From: Stegostoma tigrinum
Taxonomy: Eukaryota
DNA length: 64,000 nt
NCBI RefSeq assembly: GCF_030684315.1
Contig: NC_081362.1
Coordinates: forward strand, 64,708,586 to 64,772,585
Direction: 5' to 3'
Shown: positions 37,863-50,243 of the stretch, piece by piece
Numbering within the stretch: position 1 is the stretch's first letter
How the letters are laid out: the number at the start of each line of letters is the position of its first letter
Position numbers and translations under genes: made by a program
Notes under the pieces: model-generated
Databases searched by the model: none
Seen by the model: only the letters and a program-made list of their open reading frames with translations
Told to the model about the DNA's origin: nothing

Positions 37863-40772
37863 GGGTTAGTTGCTCTCTGTTTTACCAAAAAGTGGCTCAG
37901 AACAACTCGAGATGTTATAATTTTACTCCCAGAAGGTCAGCTAAACTTCATGAAACCAGACAAGTTTTATAATTGGAAAAAGCCTAAGAAGTGAGTTAAG
38001 CTACAAAAGTTGAAAATAAAAAGCCATCTTAAGTGAAACAGATAGCTTGAAAAGATCTGAAATGATTTCAGTCTCTGAGTTGTGTACCAACTAAGGAGGA
38101 TATACAAGCTGTAATTGAAATGTAAGAGGTGTTTTCTATAAGGGAGGATTCCAGAGGAAAGACTTATCTGATTTGATAACCTCCCTGGAGTTGCACTCAG
38201 CCTTCAAGATATAATGGTTCTTAAAACATTAATTAAATGCTTTGCTTCTTCTGAATACACTTGGTATGCAATAATTGGAGCTGCTGACATAACAATCGAA
38301 CAGATTAGAGCATGGTAAACAGATTTTTGATATGCTGATGAACACAGCACAATTGTAACTGTGGGTTCAGTGGTCCAGTTGAAAGCTGTCACTTCTCTCA
38401 CTGACGGAAGGTGTTTCATCACCTTTTTCCTTTCAGGATGGTATAATATTTCACTAACAATACCCCAGCTTGTCTGCCAGGTTTGCAATTTACCTTTTCC
38501 CACCTGTTTCCAGATCATGATGGAAGCTGTTGCATGTGGTTCTGGCTAAATTTTAATTTTTATGAAATAACACCTTAATTGTTTTTTCATATATTTTTGT
38601 GTCAAGTCACACTGAGTTAGAAATGTAAATGAGCCCAATAAAGGGTGACTAGGAAGTAAGGGTGGAAGGTAGGGGCCAAAGGGGTTGTGTAACAGGAAAT
38701 GTAATATACATGCCCACAATTTTCCAGGAGTGTGCATTTAAAATGATCAATTCAATGGTAAAAGAGACTGAAATTTTTCAAATTTCATTGGAGTCTGTCA
38801 TTGTAAAGGTCAGCAGCATGCAGCCTGAACTCTGAAAAATCTGCAAAACAGATCAGAGATCAAATGTTTTCTTTTAAAAAAATTCCCAGTTTCATGGGGA
38901 CACTGGAGACAGCAGCTATTCAGGTTTTGCAACATTATGATCATCTAAATGAGCTTAAGCCTTGAACTTATCTCTTGTTTTGCTTTGATGTGGTTCCCTG
39001 GCCATTTTTGAACTCAGAAAAATGTGGCATGTACATGTGTCTGTAATGCATTTACATACATATGAGTTCACATGCATGAATGTTGAATCTTTCGATCTAC
39101 ATTCAGACACACACATAGAAATGCATAGCTACTTAATGTGCGTTGCTTACGAAGATAAATTGATTAGTTTCTCTGATTGATTCAGTTGTGTCAATGAGGC
39201 AACAGTGCCAGCTCCATCAATGAATGAGTGATCTGTTACTGATGCCATTTCAACACAATCCAACAAGTGCAGTGCAAGGAGACATTCTGAGTCCACACAA
39301 CGTAGATGCTGTTTGAAATGTCTTCACGGGTAGAGATGGAGAAACATTTCTGAAGTAATTACTTATTCTAACACACCTGGCAAGTCCCTCATCATTCTCA
39401 TGAACTGAAGCGTGACCATTAACAGCTGGAATGCATGCCTTCCTGAGCTGTATTCGACACTTTATTGAGCAATGGCTTGGAACAAAAGAGTCTTTGGAAT
39501 GTAATGATCTGCTCAACTAATAAATTCAGATAATGGAAGCTTGTTGAAAATTTGCAACAATCCAAGAAGTCAAACAAGTACCTAAGCAAACCAATCATGG
39601 ATCCTGCACCCAGTGTACAAGATGCCTTCCTAACCATTTAACTAGAATTCAGCTGATTGTTGGAGTAGTGTATTCTGTAATGTTTATAGGAGGTATAAGT
39701 TTGGATAAGCCAAGCATATATGTCCAAGCTCAACATCTCACATCAACAAAACCAGTGTGAATAAACACAGGAAATTTAATGCTACATAATGTCATAATCG
39801 ATTCCAAGGACACAATAGGAGTACAGTCAGGCAAAAACTGAACCCACACCAAAGAGGGATGCTTAGGGACATGTGTCTAAAACCTGGGTTAAAGTGCCTT
39901 GGTTCTAAAGGCCATCCAAAAGGAGGTGAAGGTTAGAGAGCGGCCTTGATGACTGAAGGCACAGCTATCAAGTTGGAGTTCCATTAAAAGCCAGGGAGGA
40001 AGAAGACTGAGCTCTCCGGTACTTATAGGATGGAGGAAGGCACAGAGATAGGGAGTAACAAATCTGTACAGAGATTGAAGAACAAAGCTTGGACTTGAGT
40101 GTTGGTTTTGCCAGCAATGTCCTTATCCTGAGTGGAGATGAAATAATGTCACTAAATCTGTGCCATGGAGGCCCAGGTTCAAGTCAAAATGCTCCAGAAG
40201 TATGTAGAAACATCTCTGAAAAAGTAGGTTAGAAAATATTCAGTGGAACAATTCAATTCCTTTGTTAATTCCAAATATCACACACCAGAGATTTTCAGTA
40301 TAATTTGTAATTGTTTAATTGCAGAAGTTGCAATAAGCATGCGTGCCTGTGAAATGATCCAATAGTGAAGATATTGCAAACAGGGAGGCGGCCAACCTGC
40401 TAATGTTTAAACCTATCAGTGCGACAGCAAAAATCACTAGAGAACATGTTTTCAGAGCTTTAGCTAATCTGCTTAGTTTAATGCTTGAGCCTTGAGGGCT
40501 GGAAATAAACGCATAACTCCACTTGAAATCAGGGGTAATTGGTTAAGTAATGGGACAGTGAGGCCTGTAGTCCCCTTTTTCCTAATCAGTTGGCAGTTCC
40601 TTTCCTGCCTACCATGGGGAAAGTGATAGTAGAATCTAGGAAACAGTTATAAAAACATTAAACTGTCCCAAATAAGGAAATGCCTTTTATTTAAATTAAT
40701 CTCTCCCTCCATTTCTGCTAAAACACTCACTGTTGAAAGTCCCAGTATTAGCCAAGGTCTTCAACGCGATCA

Positions 40773-41095
40773 GAGAATCATAGAAACAGGCCATTTGACA
40801 CATCAAGTCCACATTGCCCTTCCGAAGAGCATCCCATTCAGACCCAGACACAAGCCGATCCTTGTAACCTTGCATTCCTCATTGCTAATCCACCCTCACA
40901 TCCCTGGACCCTATGGGCAATTTAGCATGGTCAATCCACCTAACCTCAAGATCTTGGAACTGTGGGAGAAACTCAGGGCACCTGGAGGAAACCCATGCAG
41001 ACATGGGGAGAATGTGCAATCTCCACACATGTAGTTACCTGAGGCTGGACTCAAACTCGGGTTCCTGGCGCTGTGAGGCAGCAGTGCTAATCACC
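40773..41095 (-). mobile_element. HE1-type V-SINE
   Basis: ctggcgctgtgaggcagcagtgctaa (tRNA head, reverse) and gggcaatttagcatgg (V-domain, reverse). Confidence 0.88.
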
Positions 41096-41499
41096 TCCAA
41101 GCTGGAATAGCCATCCTGCTTTCCACTTCTGCAGATCATGCATCATCCTTTCTGATATCAAATTTGCCTGGTAATCAATGTCCTTTCAAAGATACTGGCT
41201 TGGGGTTACAGGGTGGCCAGCACAGCAGTTGAAAGTTACACCTTGGAGGGTCACCACCAATATGACAAGAATCCAGACTGAGGTTTCTAATCTATAATAA
41301 ATGTCTGCAAATATTGTAAAAAGCATTTGATCTTTTGGACTTTGAGGCTGAAATGGAATCCAAAATGATGGACATATACCAGGATGCAGACAGAAGGGGA
41401 CATTGAATTTCAAGCTACTAGAAATTTGTTTTGCACAATTTTTCTCACAACATATAATATTTAATCAGCCTGCTGTTTGAGTGTCTGCTGTGATTTAAT

Positions 41500-41655
41500 T
41501 GGCAGCGATCACCTGACAGAGAGGGGAACTTGTGGGTTCAAGGCCATTTCCAAGGTTCAGCTAGAATAACCAAAGCTGTCACTACAGTGTAATGCTGATG
41601 GAACTGTTGGAAGGATTGATCGTTGGATGAGAGTTTTAACTAAGGCTCATCTCAT
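41500..41655 (+). mobile_element. Degenerate Deu-type SINE head
   Basis: gtgggttcaag (B-box), then gctgtcactacagtgtaatgctga...ggatgagagttttaactaaggc, resembling the Deu-SINE central domain. Confidence 0.45.
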
Positions 41656-41739
41656 TCACTCAATGTATTTATAAATGTCTGCAACCTCATTATATCAGCT
41701 TCAAAATTTACTTTGCTGCTTACCTTTGAATCTTTGTTT

Positions 41740-44105
41740 CCATCATGTAAACCATTGATGCAAATTGTGAAAAGCTGAGAGTTCAGCATTGTTCCCTACA
41801 GGACTCCAATTGTCACATCCTGCCAATCAGAAAAACTCATTTTAAACCCACTCTGTTTCTCTCAGCCACCCAATCTTCTACCTGTGCCAATATGTTCCCC
41901 TATACCAAGTGCTTCTAGTTTGTGCAATAGCCTGTTTTGAGGGACTTTGTCAAATGCTTTCTGGAAATTCAAGTACAGTACATCTCCAGGCTCCCCTTTA
42001 TTAGACTGTATATTACTCCTTTAAAGAACTTCAATAAATTAAGTAGAAATAATTTCCCATTCATAAAACCATGTTGAATCATCTGGTTGCCCTGAGGTTG
42101 TCTGAATGCCAAGCTATAAATTCCTTGCTAATAGATTCTAATAACTTCCCATGATGGACATCAAGCCACCTGGCTAATAGTTTGCTGTTGGCTGTTTCAC
42201 TTCCTTCTTGAATACAGGTGTTATATTTATTATAGATAACAACGTTTTGAGCTGGATGAACACAGCAGGCCAAGCAACATCTTAGGAGCAGGAAAACTGA
42301 TGTTTCAGGCCTAGACCCTTCATCAGAAATGGGGGAGGGGAAGGGGTGTTCTGAAATAAATAGGGAGAGAGGGGGAGGTGGATCGAAGATGGATAGAGGA
42401 GTTGCAGTGGGAGAGAGATCCCCTGAGGTTTGTCCAGAGGGAGGAGGGTAACTTCTTCAGGGTAGGCATCCTTAGAAGAGGCTTCGCAGTGGGGTTAAAA
42501 TTATTTCAGAGATAGTAGGAACTGCAGATGCTGGAGAATCTGAGATAACAAGGTGTAGAGCTGGATGAACACAGCAGGCCAAGCAGCATCTTAGGCCTCC
42601 TCCATTTCTGATGAATTGTCTTGGCCTGAAACGTCAGCTTTCCTGCTCCTAAGATGCTGCTTGGCCTGCTGTGTTCATCCAGCTCTACACCTGGTTATCT
42701 CGGATTCTCCAGCACCTGCAGTTCCTACTGTCTCTATTATATTTATTACTTTTGAATCTGATAGTACCTTTTTTCGAATCTGGCAAATATTGGGAAATGA
42801 ACAACAAAACATTTGCGACCTCGTTAGACAATTCTTTTGAGAGCTTAGTATGAAACTCATCAGGTCTCAATGACTTGTATACTTCAGTTCCATCATTTTG
42901 CTCAATATTGCTTCCCTAGTGATTAAAATTTCACTAAGTTCTGCTCTATTTTCCACCTCTTGGTCTATAGCACCTTTTTTTTAATATCCTCTGTAGTGAA
43001 GACAGAAATCTGCTATTTCCTTATTATCTACTATTAACTCTCCATTCTCACCCACTAGAGGAACAAGACTCACTTTGTTTACTCTTTTCCTTTTTAAACA
43101 CCTGTGACATGCTTGTTATCCATTTTTAGCTAGCTTCCTCTCAAACTCTGATCTTTTTTTCCCAATTAATCATGGAGTTATTCTCTGTTGTTCTTTATTT
43201 TCTATCTAATCATCTCACCTGTAACTCACCTTTGTGTCATCAAATGCTTTTTTGTCCCCACCTGAAGTCTGCCTTTTAAAACTTGTTTAGTCAACCACAA
43301 ATAGTGGGTGTCCTGCTAAGATTTTTCTTTGCCCTAAGAATATATTTGGGAATGATGAGATATCCCCTGAAAGGTTTTCTGCTGCTTCTCTATTCATCAA
43401 TCGCCAGCCTAATATCCCAGATCACTTCTTCTGGCTCAACTTTTATGCATTTACTGAAGTTTATAATACTAGCTTAAGACACACACTTGTCCTTTTCAAA
43501 GTAAATGTAAAATTCAATGGTTTTGTGGTTGCTGCTTCCTGGGGGCCTTTACTTTGAGATTATTAATTATTCCTACACAATACGCATATCAAGTCGAGTA
43601 CAAATTGTTCTCTGGTTGTGCTGATTGGACTACTCTAAGAAACTAAATCTCTTCCCCTTCAATCTCAAAAACATTGTATGAACACCTCATGCAGGCTATC
43701 ATTGCCAATCCAAGTTTTCCTGTGTATATGTAAATTAAAAACACCATGATTATTGCTGTCCTTTTATCACGTGTCCAATATTCTTCTATTATATTTCACC
43801 CCTCATTGTGGTAACTGTAGGCCACTCCCATTGATGACTTATTTCCCTTGCTATTCCTTATTCAAGCTGATTCTGCATCCTGTTCTCCTGAACAAAGATA
43901 ATTTCTAACCATTGCACCAATGCTATCCTTGAGTAACAGTTCAATCTCTTCACTTTTATCTAATTTCCTATGTTTCTTGAACATCATATATCCTTCAATA
44001 CTCAGTATTCAATTCATATCTTACAGCCCATCTCTTGTAATGGCTATTAGAATATATTTATTTACTTAAATATGCACAAACACTTGTTAACTTCATTACA
44101 AATGC
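41740..44105 (-). mobile_element. Long, old CR1-like LINE (RT and endonuclease region), interrupted at 42233-42736
   Basis: Reverse complement of gggactttgtcaaatgctttctggaaattcaagtacagtacatc encodes DVLYLNFQKAFDKVP (CR1 RT motif); degenerate colinear sequence continues toward ~44100. Confidence 0.75.
42233..42736. mobile_element. Internally deleted mini-PLE (minus strand, 42233-42595) plus an inverted pLTR (42596-42736)
   Basis: Minus strand runs pLTR end, then ORF start MPTLKKLPSSLWTNLRGSLSHCN, then jumps to 3' UTR and pLTR; perfect 12-bp TSD TTATATTTATTA at 42221-42232 and 42737-42748. Confidence 0.88.
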
Positions 44106-44106
44106 A

Positions 44107-44196
44107 ATGGGTTGGGTCTGGGCGGGATGCTGCAATGGGCGGAGTGGACTTGTTGGGCCGAAGAGCCTGTTTCCACACTGTAGGGAATCTAATCTA
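44107..44196 (+). mobile_element. HE1/HER1 3' tail fragment
   Basis: gggtctgggcgggatgct...gtggacttgttgggccgaagagcctgtttccacactgtagggaatctaatct. Confidence 0.75.
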
Positions 44197-44874
44197 TATA
44201 GAACCTTTAGTTTTGCCTTTTTGTTAGGTTGTAACACCTAGTGTTGATTGTTGGTGTACTATTAGATTATACCTCTGACCACTCTCTGATCTTCATTCTT
44301 CAAATTATTACTTAGGTCTCCCTTTTTGTCATTACGCCTTGGACTGTTACATCTGCCCAAGCTTAATCCCTCACCCCAACTGTGAACTTTCAACTCTCAC
44401 TATCATAACAGCACAGTCTCCACTTTCCCTGGTGACAGTCCACATGACTCAGAACATTCTTCTTCCATGCAGGTCTTTGTACCTTTTACTTATTTCAGTA
44501 ATTTTACATTCCCTCCGCCATTTGAGGTTCTGCTCTCCAATTTGAAGCCTAGTTACTCATACTGTCTAAGAAAGGCCTCTTTCCTAGTCCTATCTATGCC
44601 TTTGACATGTATATGGACCATGACAACTGGATTCCCACCTTCCACCATCAAGTTCCAGTCCAGCACTAAACAGTTGTTCTGAACTCTTGTGTTACAAAGG
44701 CAACATAGCCTCCTGGACTCACTCTCCTCACCTGAAAGCCATCCTGAACTAAGGTACTGTAGCCAGTTCACTCCTCTTCCATTTTTATCTTGAGGTCACC
44801 ACCATTCGCACGCACCTTGTACTCAGAGGTCTCGATAACCTAATCAGGGCAAACAGGTCATTAGTCATTTCTGT

Positions 44875-45030
44875 ATTGCTGTTTGAGAGCATGCTGTTTG
44901 TAACTTGGTTGCTGTCTTTCTTTTATGTTACAACAGCAACCATACTGCAAAAACACATCATCAGCTGTAAAGTACTTTGGCTGTCCAGTGGCCGTGAAAG
45001 GCATTACATTAATGCAAGCCTTTCTTTCTT
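44875..45030 (+). mobile_element. Deu-SINE/L2-type 3' tail
   Basis: attgctgtttg...gctgtaaagtactttgg...gtgaaaggcattacattaatgcaagcctttctttc; an antisense homologue lies at 46392-46557. Confidence 0.65.
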
Positions 45031-45100
45031 TTCTACTCCATCTACAATACCTTTTACCAAGCTGTTGAATCTGCATCACAGAAACATTGTCCCAATATTT

Positions 45101-45316
45101 GATAACAAAGTGTGAAGCTGGATGAACACAGCAGGCCAAGCAGCATCTCAGGAGCACAAAAGCTGATGTTTTGGGCCTAGACCCCACTCTCTGATGAAGG
45201 GTCTAGGCCGAAACGTCAGCTTTTGTGCTCCTGAGATGCTGCTTGGCCTGCTGTGTTCATCCAGCTCCAAACTTTGTTATCTTGGATTCTCCAGCATCTG
45301 CAGTTCCCATTATCAC
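45101..45316. mobile_element. Inverted pair of PLE terminal repeats (family 1) with a ~35-nt tail
   Basis: Arms 45101-45184 and 45199-45281 are near-perfect reverse complements; hammerhead motif at 45191-45217; perfect 13-bp TSD TGTCCCAATATTT at 45088-45100 and 45317-45329. Confidence 0.92.
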
Positions 45317-46391
45317 TGTCCCAATATTTAACGTTGTGCTTTCCTGAATAAACTATTTCCACATGGAAAACATCCAAATACCAAAGTGAGCCATTCCCCT
45401 TTAATGTGTGGCTTCCTCAAAATGTGGAGCATCATTGTTGACTCAATGTGTCTCTTTGGAAACCTATTCATAATACTAGCTACTTCAAAGAAGATTTGCT
45501 TGATTCTTGTGCAGTTAGTCTGTAACCATAGGCTTCAGGGGTCACATAGAAGAAAAACTACTTAAAATACATGTTTCGCACATCTTAAAGTGTTTATCCT
45601 CATTAGACTCAGCTAATGACTGCCTTGAGCAAGTTTTGAAGACAAATAACATGGACAACACAAAAATCATGATGGGATAGCTAACTGGGATGCTAACACG
45701 ATCAACTGAGACAGAATGTGTTGCTGTACATCCTCTTAAAGGTCTGCAAGATTAACACTTTTTCTTTTTGCACAATGACTATCCAAAAACTAGATTGCCA
45801 TTGAAGAGATAGTAGAGTGCCCCAAACACAAACAATAGTAGCAGAGATCCTGAAAGACTGCATGTAGAATCTCATCTGAGTTGGTAAGTCATTTCAGACT
45901 GTCTCTCATTGACAACTGAAGTGACTTTCGTCAAATAATGTGTAGTTATTCCTTAATGGTGCGTAGTCCTTCAATATCATCTGTAAAATTTGTCCCTAGG
46001 TAGTTGTAAAATGATTGAAACTGCATCATGGGTGTCTTAATCCAATTATCAATCATAATGATTGCAAAAAAAATCTTTGAAGCTCAAGGCCTTAACTCCT
46101 ATTCAAAACATTCTACAGGCAAATTACGTTTGACCTTAGGAACAAATTGGCCTCACTATATTGCCCTACTGTAGCCAGGGTCTTCATGCTGGTCTGTAGA
46201 TTTTATTGACCACACTGCTCAGCTGCAGCGGGTGGATTCTTTCATACTTGTGCCCAAAACTTTCTTGCTGGTTGACATGCACTCAAAACACTGCGATAAA
46301 TGTAATTGCACTAATATCAAATTTTAATAGCAGATCCTATGAATTCTTAATCCTTGGATTCTGAAAAAGCTTCTGCATTGACTATCCAAGT

Positions 46392-46557
46392 AAAGAAAGT
46401 ATGAACTTGCATTTATGGCGCATTTTCACAATTCCCGAATATTCCAAAGTGTTTTTTACCAATGTAGCCATTTTGAAGTGTTATCACTTGTCATAAAAAG
46501 AAACATGGGCATTAATTTGCACATTGCATGTTCCATAACCAACTATGAGATTAATGT
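46392..46557 (-). mobile_element. Deu-SINE/L2-type 3' tail
   Basis: aacttgcatttat.gcgca.tttcacaa...ccaaagtg...ttttgaagtgt, reverse-complement homologue of 44875-45030. Confidence 0.6.
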
Positions 46558-46659
46558 TTAGTGTTGCAATGGCTCACTTTTCTTGACCACTTGCATTGAA
46601 ATCAGCATTATGCATCTTGCACTTCAATTGCCAGGAAAACTCAGGCCCTGTTTCATTTA

Positions 46660-47000
46660 GAGATAATGGGAACTGCAGATGCTGGAGAATTCCAAGATAA
46701 TAAAATGTGAGGCTGGATGAACACAGCAGGCCAAGCAGCATCTCAGGAGCACAAAAGCTCCGGAGGGAGGAGGGTAACTTCTTCAGGTTAGGCATCCCTG
46801 GAAGAGGCTTCGCAGTGAGGTTAAAATAGTATCAGAGATAATGGGAACTGCAGATGCTGGAGAATTCCAAGATAATAAAATGTGAGGCTGGATGAACACA
46901 GCAGGCCAAGCAGCATCTCAGGAATAAAATGTGAGGCTGGATGTTGTGCTCCTGAGATGCTGCTTGGCCTGCTGTGTTCATCCAGCCTCACATTTTATTA
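46660..47000. mobile_element. Composite mini-PLE of four joined pLTR/ORF-start segments
   Basis: Minus 46660-46759 (pLTR 3' part), minus 46759-46923 (pLTR into ORF start MPNLKKLPSSLR), minus 46924-46943, plus 46944-47000; perfect 14-bp TSD CCCTGTTTCATTTA at 46646-46659 and 47001-47014. Confidence 0.92.
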
Positions 47001-49239
47001 CCCTGTTTCATTTAAATACTGAAACTATGTTCCACAGAAATTTTCCATGTAGGTTATTGTGTTTGACTTGTTTTTGAGAGTGAATTAAGAAACTCCTTAT
47101 TCTTACTTATATTGGCTGAATGCAGGTGGGCAATAAATAACATTTAAATTACTAATATCAAATTCCATAAATAATAAAGCATATTACAATGAAGTTACAG
47201 GGTTATTGTTCAGAAACATGAAGATAACATGTAAAGCAATAGAAGTACAAGAAAGTTGATTCCAAAGGAGCTGACAATATTTGCTTCAAGAATGCTGACA
47301 TTAGTAACTTTATGATTAAAAATATAACATAAAAACTGGTATCGGTTAATTTATTTCCCTGCTTGTGCCAGACACTATGTAGTCATTCAAACAAAACCTC
47401 TTTCATGTTGCAATGCAGCAACGAAGAGATCTTTCCTTAAAATAATTTAAAAGATGCATTTCTAAGGCATAGAGGTGCCAGTGACCTGTGTGCATCAGGC
47501 TGCTGACGATGAAAGGTGAGTAAACTCCAGGCACTGAACAATCTGGGTGGGCAGCAATGAAAATTCTTACAAGATAAGAAGAATAGCTTCATGCATTCAC
47601 CATTAGCAGATCATAGTGGAGTACTATTTCCACCCTCCATTAAAAGTAAAGAAAAAGGAAGCAGTCCCCAGGTTAAAGAGCAGGAAAGTGAATCGCCTGA
47701 AGTGACATAAACATGTGACATTTTAAAATATCAGTTTAGTGTCAAGGCCTACCTGAAAATATCCAGGCCAGAATGCCTGAGGTTAAAAGAAAAGATAATC
47801 AAATTCTACCAAGGGGAGGAAATTCCGGTAAATCATTCACTTAATGAGATCAGTGTGGAGTGGAAAAAATTGTTGGACATTGACAGAGTCAATATTAGTA
47901 CTTTGTTATCTTAACTTAAACTTTATTTTTGTGTCTGTGTTTAAGGCCAGACGCCAGTGAGCTTTGTACTGTATATTTTCATGACCAGCTACCAGTTTTC
48001 CCCAGTGAACTGATCCAAATAAACGTGCAGGTTTTCATCGCTTAAGAAACAAAATATCTTGAACACTGCCCTATAGCCATTAAAACAAAGGCCATTGCTC
48101 ATATGCAAGTATATCCAGCAGAACCAGGGTACAGCGTATCAAATGTCGGTGACATTTACTTTCTTTGACCATTCTCTAGTATTAAAATATTTAATCAATG
48201 ACTAGACTGTCATGTACTTCATCATTTGAGCAAGGCATCGTGTTCAAAAGGAATAATCCAATCCAGTTGGCATTGTTGGTGTTCATTTGTATAGTTGCAT
48301 TGGTTCTGCATGAATCAATGTTTTCATAAGCATTTCATTACATAGTAATGTCTTGTAGCTTAACTCCAGGGATGTAAAATAAAACTAAAGCAACGATTGG
48401 GAAACCTCCCTGAATATCGACTACTTCTTGGATCTGAACTCTGGATTATGAACAGGCTCTTTGATTCCGTATGTAAGTAAATCAAAAGCAATGTTGATGA
48501 CAAATTATGTAAAATTCTTGAGATTATATATTGGTTCCGTGTCAATGCAATACAGACAAGCATCCTGGGAAATTGAAATATTATATATTGTATGCACAAT
48601 GCTGTAATTCTGTGACATATTCTGACCTTATTATGTTTTCCTTGAGTACTTTAATGATTCAAAGTCCACATACAGGCTATTTCAAGGACAGATCCTGAAA
48701 GAACAAATTCTGGTTTAGAACAAGTGTACTTCAGTTATTTTTACTGGAATCGTGCTAATACGAATGGAAATAGAAGGATAGGGTTGTACATTTGACAATG
48801 CTTCCCTAGCCCCTTCTGCTTTGGAACAGACAGCATTAATGTGACAACAGATGTTTTCATTTGATAATGGCATGCAATCAAGATGTGAATTCAAGGCAAC
48901 AGGTTCTGGAGAAGTGGCAAAATGATGTGGCTATGTTCTTAAAACACAGAACTTCCTGAAGAAGATTGCAAAATTTTAATTGATTAAAAGGAGATTTGAA
49001 CATTTAAATTATCTCACAGACATTAGCCTGTATTTTATGTTTAGACTTCATCCACTTTTAGCTGGTTGATGTTGAGTTAGGTGGGGCATGATCATTTAAG
49101 TGCAGATTCATTCTAAATGGTGGGAATTGGATCTCATCTAAAACAAGTCATATCAAAACACACTTCATTCTCCATGTAAACACATCTAAATAATCATTTA
49201 TGCAATACATAAAACTCAAGTATATTTTAGCTGGTAAAT

Positions 49240-49345
49240 TAAAGTGGCCATAATCTTACTAGACCATGGGGCTGCTCTCTCATTAGAGAGAGATGACCAG
49301 TGGTGGTTTAACCTAACAGCCACTATATCTCAGGTGAGGGACAGT
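49240..49345 (-). mobile_element. 3' part of a short SINE (family of 35735-35902)
   Basis: aaagtggccataatcttactagaccatggggctgctctctcattagagagagatgaccagtggtggtttaacc. Confidence 0.55.
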
Positions 49346-49555
49346 ATGAAACACCTAGTGTAGAAGTGGAATTTAGTGTGAAGGTGACAATAAACAGAGA
49401 GGTTACAATAGTGGACAACATTTCCAAAAGCCAATGTGAAGGTTCAGTTGATATGTTTACCCATTAATAACTTTTGTCAAGGCTGCAGGAACTGGCATTT
49501 GAGCCCTTTGCATATTATAACATAACTATTCATTGCACAGTGCTATTAATAAACA

Positions 49556-49653
49556 AGTACAGAAATCGCTGGGAAAACTCAGCAACTCTGGCAGCATCTG
49601 TGGAGAAGAAAGCAGATTTGATATTTTGGGTCCAGTGACCCTTCTTCAGTGGG
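49556..49653 (-). mobile_element. Solo PLE terminal repeat, family 2
   Basis: Reverse complement CTGAAGA-A-GGGTCACTGGACCC-AAAAT-ATC (decayed hammerhead); possible 8-bp TSD AATAAACA at 49548-49555 and 49654-49661. Confidence 0.7.
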
Positions 49654-50061
49654 AATAAACATGGTAAGGAAAGAGCACATAAATTGAAAAATAGGAGCAG
49701 TATACTATAAAACCCATGTGGTAGATGGCCATAAAATATCACTCAAACAACCTGGGTCTGGCTCCACAGGTTTTTTATTTCTTCTGGATATGTTGGTTTG
49801 AGAAATGTCATTTAGAAATCCATTGGTGTCAATAATGATGTTGTGGCAAATATAATCAAAAGGTAACTATAACACAATGCCTGAAAGAACAAAACAGTCT
49901 GGAATTGGCTTGAAATATATTATAGCACAACCTATTATAAACACTTTTTGTTTGAAAAATCAGTCACTAGAAATCCTGGACCTGATGCTGCAATTCCTGG
50001 GAATTGACTAGACTTGTCACCCAGCAGGAGCACTGATTAAAAACGAACACAAAACCATCAT

Positions 50062-50243
50062 AAGATAACAAAGTGTGAAGCTGGATGAACACAGCAGGCT
50101 AAGCAGCATCTCAGGACCACAAAAGCTGACGTTTCGGGCTGAGACCCTTCATCAGAGAGGGCTGCTTGGCCTGCTGTGCTCATCCAGCTTCACACTTTGT
50201 TATCTTGGATTCTCCAGCATCTGCAGTTTCCATTATCTCTGAT
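50062..50243. mobile_element. Inverted pair of PLE terminal repeats (family 1)
   Basis: Minus arm 50062-50159 with hammerhead motif (50128-50155), plus arm 50161-50243; 14-bp TSD with 2 mismatches, CACAAAACCATCAT (50048-50061) and CACAGAATCATCAT (50244-50257). Confidence 0.88.

Noticed and set aside
39250-39637. Overlapping minus-strand ORFs of 88 and 72 aa
   Set aside because: No recognisable domain or convincing splice signals; lengths are within chance expectation.
47715-48154. Possible solo LTR (TGTGACA...GTGACA with internal AATAAA)
   Set aside because: Termini are only weakly inverted, there is no TSD, and no second copy in the window supports it.
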